Below, piece after piece: positions 12,915 to 23,500 of a DNA stretch of 64,000 bases. Both the position numbers and the translations under genes were made by a program. Within the stretch, counting starts at the first letter, position 1, and the number at the start of each line of letters is the position of its first letter. The stretch comes from Eledone cirrhosa (taxonomy: Eukaryota), in assembly GCA_964016885.1 (NCBI GenBank), contig OZ024761.1, positions 30,752,001 to 30,816,000 on the forward strand, given 5' to 3'. The notes beneath the pieces are model-generated. The model saw only the letters and a list, made by a program, of their open reading frames with translations, ran no database searches and was not told the origin of the DNA.

Positions 12915-13066
12915 GCAGAGTATAAAAGTTTTAATATAGATGAGTTTCTACAGGACTAGAACTGTTTCATTCTTTAGAAATCATCAGGAATTCCTGATGA
13001 TTTCTAAAGAATGAAACAGTTCTAGTCCTGTAGAATCTCATCTCTATTAAAACTTTTATACTCTGC
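12915..13066. mobile_element. 152-bp near-perfect palindrome with back-to-back hammerhead motifs (family C; + copy 12990-13036, - copy 12945-12991)
   Basis: Centre GAA|TTC at 12990/12991. ATTC-CTGATGA-tTTCtaaaGAAt-GAAA-CAG[ttctagtc]CTG-TA|GAAT. Flanked by (TA)n; related tail at 26803-26898. Confidence 0.75.
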
Positions 13067-13592
13067 TATATATATATATATATATAGCTATGCAGATGAT
13101 CTGGTATTATATAGCTGAATTCATTAAAAAACTGGAGAATAAGTTCTGGCTATGGAAACAGAATTTGGAATCAAAAGTCTGAGAGTAAACTTTGCCTAAA
13201 CTAACATTAGATGTGCAAAGTAAATGTGAGAGATGATGATGATGATAATGATGATGATGATGATGTCTATATTGATGGTGCTGATGAAGATGAAGATGAT
13301 GATGTCGATGATGATGATGATGATGATGATCTGCAGTGTTTCAATAGTGTTGAATAAATGTTATGCAAAACAGTCTTTGACAGAGAGTTAAGTAGATGTC
13401 AACAGATGCGAAGAGGTGACACCATTAAGTAAATACATCAATTGCTAATGGTAATCAACGTGTCTTTTCCGGTAATAACTAGGTAAAAATAAATAGAAAT
13501 GACATTAAACTTTAATTTATGATGAGGTTATGTTTTAACTCACCTGTATAATATAGCAGCTACATATGTGTGTATATATATATATATATATA

Positions 13593-16160
13593 TCATCATC
13601 ATCATCATCATCATCATCACCGTTTTACGTCCGTTCTTCCACGCTAGCATGGGTTAGACGGGTTGTCCTGTTGTGGGCAGTGTCTGGTCGGCTGACCATG
13701 CCTTGCTCATACAGGAACTGATCTGGCTTGATTTCTACAGCTGGATGCCCTTCCTAACACCAACCTCATTTACAGTGAGTGCTGGGTGCTTTTTCGTGGC
13801 GCCTACACGTCCACTTTACAGTGTGGGCTGGGTGCTTTTTTGCCGTGGCACCTCCACGACCACCTTGCGGTGGGGGGGGGGGGGGGGGGCATATTGTTTA
13901 TATGCTTCAGCATGTACCCATGGGAGGTCGGGTACCCTGTATTACTGCGTGACGCCAGAAGTCACGGTCGTGTGTCATTGACTTTGAGAGGTGTAGTTGG
14001 GTAAGGTCGGCTTTTATCACCTCATCCCAAGTCATCTTGGGTCTCCCCACTCCGCGGTTTCCATCAACTTCTAGTGCTCTGCACCTTTTTATGCAGCTGT
14101 CATCCTTCATACGCATCACATGTCCATACCAGCGTAACCGCCTCTCCTGCACGCAGCATTTGATTCCTCTTATGCTCAGTCTCTCTCTCAATTCATTTAT
14201 GCTTTGTCGTTCACGTATATTACTGTTACACATCCATCGGAGCATGCAGGCTTCGTTTCTCTCTAATCTACGTAGGTCTTCCACCTTCAGCGCCCAGGTC
14301 TCACTACCATGCAACATCGCTGTTCGGATACACGCATCATACAGTCTGCCTTTCATTCTGAGGGAGAAGCCTTTTGCAGCTAGCAGTGGTAGTAGTTCCC
14401 TAAACTTCTTCCATCCCGTTCTTACCCTAGTTATTGTACTTTCTGAGCACCCACCTCCGTTGCTAATTCGGTCACCTAGGTAGCAGAAGCTGTCTACTGT
14501 TTCTACAGGGCCCTCCCAGAGATTGGTGGTACTTGTTTCCTGTGGCTGTTTGCTTGCTGTTTCAGCACAGCTGCTGCATGTGAATCCTACATTCTTAATT
14601 AAGCTTCCTGAGATCCCGCTACATCTCTTGTGTACCCATTGTTTGCATTTGGGGCAAAGAATGGAGTTCCTACCTACACCTTTCCTACATACTGAGCAAG
14701 GCCATTTCCCTGAGGGGATCTGGGTTCTGTTTTCTCGTCTACTTATAAGGACCTTAGTCTTTGTCATGTTGACTTTGAGGCCCTTTCTCTCTAGTCCCTG
14801 CTTCCAGGTTTGGAATTTATTCTCTAGTTCTACCATAGATTCAGCTATGAGTGCGAGGTCATCAGCATACAGGAGTTCCCATGGGCATCCGGTCTTAAAC
14901 TCCTCCGTTATTGCCTGCAGGACTATGATGAACAGGAGAGGGCTAAGAACAGAGCCCTGGTGGACCCCAACCTGTACGCTAAATTCCTCGCTATACTCAT
15001 TGCCAATCCTAACTTTGCTGACTGCTCCCCTATACATGGCTTGTACCGCTTTCACAAGCCATTCATCTACTCCTAGTTTTCTAAGAGCCCACCAGATTAC
15101 TGCACGTGGAACTCTGTCAAAGGCTTTCTCAAGGTCGACAAATGCCAAGTAGAGTGGCTTACTTTTAGCTAGGTACTTTTCCTGTAATTGCCTCACAAGG
15201 AAGAGCGCATCAGTGGTGCCTTTCCCTGGTACAAACCCAAATTGCATCTCGTCTATATTCACCCGGTCCCTAATCAGCTGTGCTATAACTCTTTCTGTTA
15301 CTTTCATGACCTGGTCCATCAACTTTATACCTCTATAGTTTCCTCTATCTAGTGCATCGCCTTTACCTTTGTAGCAGTTGACAATGATGCTACTGCACCA
15401 ATCTTTTGGTATGGCCCCCTCTAGTATTACCTGGTTAACGATACGTGTGGTTATAGTGTGACCTACAGACCCAGATGCCTTCAGCATCTCGGCAGCTATA
15501 CCCGATGGACCGGTTGCCTTCCCTATCTTCATATCTCTGATTGCCTTACTTACTATGCTGCCGCTGACTTGTACTGCTGGTCCCTCTATAGGGTCTACGT
15601 GGGGTAGGGTCTCTTCTTCCCATGCATTCTCCTCATTTAGTAATCTATCATAATGACTCTTCCATGCATCTTTCTTCTCAGCACTTGTGAGGGCAAGCTC
15701 ACCTTTATCATTCCGGATACACTTCTCTCCAATGACATCACAACTATCTCTGACACACTGCCTCGCAATCTTGAATACCTCCTGTTTCTGGTCCTCACGT
15801 TGTAAAACATGCTTGAATTTTCTATCCTCTGCTTCCCTCCTAGCTAAGTATACTTGTCGCCTAGCTTCCCTCTTGGTCTCTATGTAATGTACCCTGCTCC
15901 CCCCGTTCTTCCATTCTTTCCATGCCTGTCTCTTGGCCTTGACTGCTTCATCTACCTTATTGTTCCACCACCAAGTCACTCTCCTCCTGCTTGAGGTCTT
16001 ACTCCAGCCACAAACCTCATCCGTCGCCTCTAGTAAGTTATTTTTTAGGAACTCCCAGTTCTCTTCTACGTTAAATGTCTCTATCTGTTCTTCTTTACTG
16101 TCGTAGGCGTTGAGTAAAATATCTTTAAATCTGTTACTGGTTCAGGGGACTTTCAGCTTA
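13593..16160 (-). mobile_element. RTE-clade LINE, 5'-truncated, with uninterrupted 690-aa RT ORF (13907-15979)
   Basis: KGKGDALDRGNYRGIKL, QFGFVPGKGTTDA, AFVDLEKAFDRV, GVHQGSVLSP, LYADD, FCYLG, RLRWYGHV; (GAT)n tail. Confidence 0.96.
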
Positions 16161-16177
16161 TATATATAAATATATAT

Positions 16178-16447
16178 ATCATCATCATCATCATCATCAC
16201 AGTTTTACATCCATTCTTCCATGCTAGCATGGGTTAGATGGGTTGTCCTGTTGTGGGCAATGTCAGGTCAGGTCACCATGTCTTGCTCATACAGTAACTG
16301 ATTTTGGCTTGATTTCTAAAGCTGGATGCCCTTCCTAATACCAACCTCATTTACAGTAAATACTGGGTGCTTTTTACATTGGCGCCTACACGACCACTTT
16401 ACAGTGTGGACTGGGTGCTGTTTTGTCATGACACCTACATGACCACA
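16178..16447 (-). mobile_element. Stand-alone RTE 3'-tail copy; similar pieces at 7860-8010, 8035-8253, 20580-20680, 22550-22730, 49750-49850, 59380-59545, 62430-62645
   Basis: Shared ggatgcccttcctaa.acc and catgctagcatgggttaga motifs next to (CAT)n. Confidence 0.75.
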
Positions 16448-16886
16448 TATATATATATATATATGTATGTATGTGTGTGTTTATGCAAATATGTGTATGT
16501 GTGTATGTATGTCAGGTCACTCTTCAGCGCTACTAGTAACATGTAACCCAGTACAACATGTGCATGGTCGGGTCGTTGGCGACTAAACCGGCAGCCCCAC
16601 TAAACTTGCTTGGGCTTTGTGAAGAGGGTGAATTTGGACACCCTACAGGATAAAAAACAAGACCCGTTAAAGACCAGAGGAACTCCGGAGAATCAACAGC
16701 CATTCAATAATGTTTTTTTCTTTTGTGGAGCGAGAGACTCCTAGTCTTCATTAAGACATCTCTCTAGGAGAAGGTCACTCTGATATAAAACCTGCGACTG
16801 ATTAACTAAATGGAAGGGCCAGTTTTATCCAGCAGTGAACATGAATGAATATATATAAAAACCACAAACCCTCCATCTCAATTCTA

Positions 16887-16922
16887 CTTTTGAAAAGCAC
16901 AAGAACTGCGAAACCCGTAAAG
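16887..16922 (+). ncRNA. Degenerate minimal hammerhead motif
   Basis: CTT-TTGAAAA-GCA[caagaac]TGC-GAAA-CCCG-TA|AAG, then AATAAA; core has two transitions from CTGAAGA. Confidence 0.45.
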
Positions 16923-17069
16923 GAACCAAATAAATATTCTTAAAAAGACTCCAGTTGCATTTTCGATTTCATCTTTTTTTCTTTATACTTTCACTCGTGT
17001 AGGACACCTCGTTTTTTTTCATTTTGTAAAAAAACCTCACTTTCTAATATATATATATATATATATATA

Positions 17070-17432
17070 GGGAGTGTAATGTGCAGTTACTGTAGGTTCA
17101 CCCAGGTGAACACTTGATGCAGAGTTTCCCCGTCTGTAACGAGGTGTAGAACTAAACAGAGTGTAAATATAATAATAAAAGGACGATTTGTTAAGCCTTC
17201 ATTACGTTTATCGAGTAGTGACAGGCATTTTGCTATGGATCAGCTCATGGTTTGATCTGTATTGATCTGGCCCGACTTCTGTCATTACCACAGCAGAGGT
17301 CCGACGAGCTTTTGATTCCAGAGTTGGGCTAGATTGATACAGTTCGAACCTTGAGCTGGTCAATAATGAAACGTGCATCACTACTCAATAAACGTAATGA
17401 AGACATAACAAATTGTCATTTTATTATTACTA
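17070..17432. mobile_element. Second family-B foldback/hammerhead element (core CCGACGA at 17301, GAAA at 17368)
   Basis: Homologous to 9627-9980, inverted arms, flanked by (TA)n. Confidence 0.65.
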
Positions 17433-17512
17433 TTATATATATATGTGGTGCCCCAGCATGGCCTCAGCTTGATGGCTGGAACAGGTAAAAGAGTAAAAGA
17501 GTATATATATAT

Positions 17513-18085
17513 GAGATACCTAAGATTGAGCAAAATATTTGAGACACCTAAGATTGGCTGAAAAATTTGGGAGAACTAAGATTGAGCAAAAAATCTGGGA
17601 CACCTAGAATTGAGTGAAAAACTTTGGACACCTGATATTGAACGAAACATTTGGGACACCTAAGATAGAGCAAAATATTTGGGACACCTAAGATAGAGCA
17701 AAAAAAGTAGGACATCTAAGATTGAGTGAAAAATTTGTGACACCTAGAATTGAATGAAAAATTTGGGACACCTAAGTTTGAGCTAAAAATTTGGGACACC
17801 TAGAATTGAGTGAAAAATTTTGGGACACCTAAGTTTGAGCGAAAAATTTGGGACACTTCAGATTGAGTGGAAAATTTGGGACACCTAGAATTGAGTGAGA
17901 AATTTTGGGACACCTGAGATTGAACGAAAAATTTGGGAAACCTAAGATTGGCTGAAAAATTTGGGGGAACTAAGTTTGAGCAAAAAATTTGGGACACCTA
18001 AGATTGGCTGAAAAATTTGGGGGAACTAAGTTTGAGCAAAAAATTTGGGACACCTAAGATTGAACAAAAAAAATTGTGACACCTG
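17513..18085. repeat. ~30-bp minisatellite (aaaaatttgggacacctaagattgagc)
   Basis: About 19 degenerate units by inspection. Confidence 0.9.
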
Positions 18086-18285
18086 AGAAAACACTAGAAA
18101 ACCAATGAATATCAGATGATGGATAAGTAGGTTTCTCAAAAAACCCACTCACCTCCCTCCCTCTTGTCTGTCTTTAGGCAAATTTTCACTAATTAATGAA
18201 AGTTTTACATTCTTTTTATACTTCTTTAACTAATATATTATTCTGTGTCAGCTTGGCATGGCAGAGAAGTTGTGTGAGTGTGTGT

Positions 18286-18323
<38 letters not shown>

Positions 18324-18328
18324 ATGTG

Positions 18329-18379
<51 letters not shown>

Positions 18380-18431
18380 ATATATACACATACATATATA
18401 TATATGTATACATATACATATATATATATAT

Positions 18432-18479
<48 letters not shown>

Positions 18480-18520
18480 GTATGTGTATATATATATATA
18501 TGTATATGTATATGTATATG

Positions 18521-18558
<38 letters not shown>

Positions 18559-18795
18559 TAGATATAGATATATATCTATATATAGATAGATAGATATATA
18601 GATATATAGATATATAGATATATGTATATATATATATATATATATATTCACAATATATATAGTTAAAAAAGAACTAAAACTACTGACATCGGTGACAGAG
18701 TTTCAAGGAAGACAGAACACATCCATAACAACACAATACATTGGTAGCCACACAACACATTGATCGTCACACAACGCAGAAAGAAACAAACAGAT

Positions 18796-19529
18796 ATGTG
18801 GAAGTTTGTCACGGTATTTGGGGTTTCGTTGGTGTTAACAGTCAAAGGATTTGAGTTACACACTGCACTTGATCCAAAGAGAATTCAGAATGCCGAGGCA
18901 GGTTGGTATATAATGGTTTAGCGTGTTTGTCGTTGTATTTATTAACCCTTTTAATACTAAACCACCTGAAACCGCCCTTGGTTCAACCATACATAGCTGT
19001 TACTCTAACCCTTTAGCATTTAAGCTGGCCATGTCCGGCCAGAATTCTCACTTTTTTTCTGTTCAAACTAGATGTAACCAGCCACTCATACTGATGTTCA
19101 GGTATTGTTATCAAAATAAATAATATCAAAATCTCATAGATTCGATATTATGTGAGATAATCACGATATAAAGCCTTTACTGTGAAAAGATAATAGTAAA
19201 TATAGAATAATGTAAATGCTAAAGGGTTAAGGTGTTTGTATTTATCTAGAAAACTTCCATCATAATTTTATGTAAGAACTTTTCTTTGGTTAAGTTTTTT
19301 TAATATAAGATAAGATATCACTCGGAAAGTTATTCATATCTCTCCATTCTTGAATGTTTTCAAAATGAATGGTTTCAAAAGCATAGTCTGTGCCTTTCAT
19401 TAGGAATATGATAAAATGTTCTCTTTCCTCCGAACTCTGCATTTCTCGAAGAATGACTTATACCCAACGCGTCAAAACCCTTATTTGAATCTCTGTGTTT
19501 GTCTTGTCTATGATTAAACTATATGTATG

Positions 19530-19567
<38 letters not shown>

Positions 19568-19970
19568 GATAAATCTACCAAGAGTTTACGGTAGTGTCCA
19601 ATCCGTATGAAGAACTCAATGTAATCCGGATATCATGGAAAGAAGAGATGCAATGAAAAATCGCTTTCGGTGAAAGATAAACGGAATACAGAGTCAAGAT
19701 AAAATATTAAAAAAATAATGAATAAAACAATGAAACAGTTCCTTATATTAAACAAAAAAAGTTCATTATTTCTGAAGACGGCATATATATGTGTTTGGTA
19801 TGTATATTTAATTTTGATAGTTTGTATAATTTTGTATAATTTTGTACATAGATCTGTTGAATATGCATGCCAATTCTAACACATATATATCCTAGAAACG
19901 ATCGTTAAATAATGAACTTTTTTTGTTTAATATAAGGAACTGTTTCATTGTTTTATTCATTATTTTTTTA

Positions 19971-20007
<37 letters not shown>

Positions 20008-20455
20008 GATATATTACCATATTTATTTCATTATACATATTTCAAGGACACCAAGTTAAATTATGGTGTGCTTTCATCAAATAAAATATAATATAGATCA
20101 GTTTTATAAATAAATATTGACATACCCTTAAAGAATGCGACCATTTCTTTTGGAAGCTCCTGGATAGCTATCCGGATAGCTATCCGGGAGCCTCCAACAG
20201 AAATGGTCGCATTCTTTAAGGGTATGTCAATATTTATTTATAAAACTGATCTATATTATATTTTATTTGATGAAAGCACACCATAATTTAACTTGGTGTC
20301 CTTGAAATATGTATAATGAAATAAATATGGTTTTATAAATATAGTTTCCATTTGTTAATATATCGTATTTTTACTCCAATAATTTGTTGAGTGCTTTATA
20401 TCAGTTATAAAAATATTTGCTTGTTGTATCCCAACAATTTAAATAGAACTTCTAC

Positions 20456-20528
<73 letters not shown>

Positions 20529-23500
20529 TATATACACACATAAGTATACACACATATATCTATACACACAAATGTAAATCATCGTCATCAACGTTTAACG
20601 TCCATTTTCCAAACTAGCATGGATTAGACAAGTTGTCCTGTTGTGAGACAAGTCAGATCAGACGACATTGTCTTGCTCATACATGTATATATATAATGGT
20701 TTCTGATTCAGGGAGATTCAGTGTGGCACAGAATGTGACAAGGCTAGCTCTTCAAATTGCTGGCACAACCCATTTTTTTTTTTTTTTTTTTGCCAGCTGA
20801 ATGGACTGGATCAACGTGAAATATAGTGCCTTGATCAAGGACACAACACACTGCTGGGAATCGAACTCATCAACTTACGATTGTGAGCCAAATAGCCTTA
20901 CCATAACGCCATGCACCTTCACACATACTACATATACTCAAATAACAAATTATATCCTGCCATCTTACAACAATATACATTTGTGTTTCTTTCTCTACAG
21001 TGTGTATCTAGGTATCTAGTACTCCAGGCTAGCTCTATAATGTGTATCTAGGTATCTAGTACTCCAGGCTAGCTCTATAATGTGTACCTGGTTATCTAGT
21101 ACCCCAGGCTAGCTCTACAATGTGTATCTAGGTATTTAGTACTCCAGGCTAGCTCTACAATGTGTATCTAGGTATCTAGTACTCCAGGCTAGCTCTACAA
21201 TGTGTATCTAGGTATCTAGTACTCCAGGCTAGCTCTACAATGTGTATCTAGGTATCTAGTACTCCAGGCTAGCTTTACAATGTGTACCTGGGTATTTAGT
21301 ACTCCAGGCTAGCTCTACAATGTGTACCTGGGTATCTAGTACTCCAGGCTAGCTCTACAATGTGTATCTAGGTATCTAGTACTCCAGGCTAGCTCTACAA
21401 TGTGTACCTGGGTATTTAGTACTCCAGGCTAGCTCTACAATGTGTACCTGGGTATCTAGTACTCCAGGCTAGCTCTACAATGTGTATCTAGGTATCTAGT
21501 ACTCCAGGCTAGCTCTACAATGTGTACCTGGGTATCTAGTACTCCAGGCTAGCTCTACAATGTGTACCTGGGTATCTAGTACTCCAGGCTAGCTCTACAA
21601 TGTGTATCTAGGTATCTAGTACTCCAGGCTAGCTCTACAATGTGTATCTAGGTATCTAGTACTCCAGGCTAGCTCTACAATGTGTACCTGGGTATCTAGT
21701 ACTCCAGGCTAGCTCTACAATGTGTACCTGGGTATCTAGTACTCCAGGCTAGCTCTACAATGTGTACTTGGGTATTTAGTACTCCAGGCTAGCTCTACAA
21801 TGTGTACCTGGGTATTTAGCACCCTAGGCTAGCTCTACAATGTGTACTTGGTTATTTAGCACCCTAGGCTAGCTCTACAATGTGTACTTGGTTATTTAGC
21901 ACCCTAAGCTAGCTCTACAATGTGTACTTGGTTATTTAGCACCCTAGGCTAGCTCTACAATGTGTACTTGGTTATTTAGCACCCTAAGCTAGCTCTACAA
22001 TGTGTACTTGGTTATTTAGCACCCTAGGCTAGCTCTACAATGTGTACCTGGGTATTTAGTCCCCTAGGCTAATTCTACAGTGTGCTCTGAGTATGTAGTA
22101 CCCTAGGCTATACATTTGCGTTTCTTTTCTTGTTTTTGTTCTTTTTGCAGACATCACCAATGAATGCCTTGAATACAGTAAAGATTTTGACTGCAAGTTC
22201 TACAGTTGTTTAGAGGAGAGGTTCCCTTGTGATTCAGCAAATACAGAACCTCTGCATAACGGTTATTGTGAACAAGCCTTCATCATGGCAAACCAATTGA
22301 ATGATATGGTTAGTGACATTTCTCAATTATCTAAACAAATGTGTATACACATACACATTATTATACACTTCTTCTTCTTCTTCATCTTCTTCTTCTTCAT
22401 TATCATTGTTTATATATATATATACATATATATATATCATCAACATCATCATCATCATCATCATTATCATTGTTTATATGTATATATATCATCAACATCA
22501 TCATCATCATTATCATTGTTTATATGTATATATATCATCAACATCAGCATCATCATCATCATCTAACATCTATCTTCCATGCTAGCACTGGTTAGACAGG
22601 TTTGTCCCATTTGAGACAAGTTCTGTTGGGTGATCAATGTCTCGCTTGCATAGGTCTGTTTGTGGCTGGTTTTCTATGGCTAGATGCCCTTCCTAACACC
22701 AACTACATTTCCAGTGTGTGGTGGGTGCTTTATTATCATCATTTTATGTCCGCTTTTTCCCTGCTTGCAAGGGTGGGACGGGAACTGATTCTGGCTTGAT
22801 TTCTACAGCTGGATGCCCTTCCTAACACCAACCTCATTTACAGTGAGTGCTGGGTGCTTTTTTGGCGTGGCACCTCCACGACCACTTTGCAGTGGAATGA
22901 TAGGGACCCCAGTCCCTATCATCTCATTTCTACAGCTGAGTAAACTGGAGCAATGTGAAATAAAGTGTCTTGCTCAAGGAAACAACACATCACCCGGTCT
23001 GAGAATTGAACTCACAACCTTTCGATTGCAAGGCCAGTGCTCTAACCACTAAGCCATGTGCCTCCAAGTATTTGGAGTAGATATACGATATTAATAAATG
23101 GAAACTATATTTATAAAACCATATTTATTTCATTATACATATTTCAGGGATACCAAATTAAATTATGGTATGCCTTCATCAGACAAAATACAATATATAA
23201 CAGTTTTACAAATAAGCTTTGACGTACCCTTTTAAAATGCAACCATTATTTTTGGAAGCCATCTGGATAGTGAGTTGTTTATATTATTTTAATAAGTCAT
23301 AGTGTTACTCTCCGTCTTTTTCTAATTGTCCTTAACACTATGACTTATTAAAATAATATAAACAACTCACTATCCAGATGGCTTCCAAAAATAATGGTTG
23401 CATTTTAAAAGGGTACGTCAAAGCTTATTTGTAAAACTGTTATATATTGTATTTTGTCTGATGAAGGCATACCATAATTTAATTTGGTATCCCTGAAATA

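Noticed and set aside
13335-13560. Apparent minus-strand mini-intron and exon
   Set aside because: All three frames hit stops quickly and no partner exons were found
14037-15152. 148- and 209-aa + strand ORFs
   Set aside because: Antisense shadows of the RTE ORF; likewise 43631-44952 for the Gypsy element
19445-19490. TCGAAGA-TGAC..GTCA-AAAC possible decayed hammerhead (similar weak cases at 4640-4672, 12738-12790, 52390)
   Set aside because: Too many core deviations and no convincing helix I; not counted
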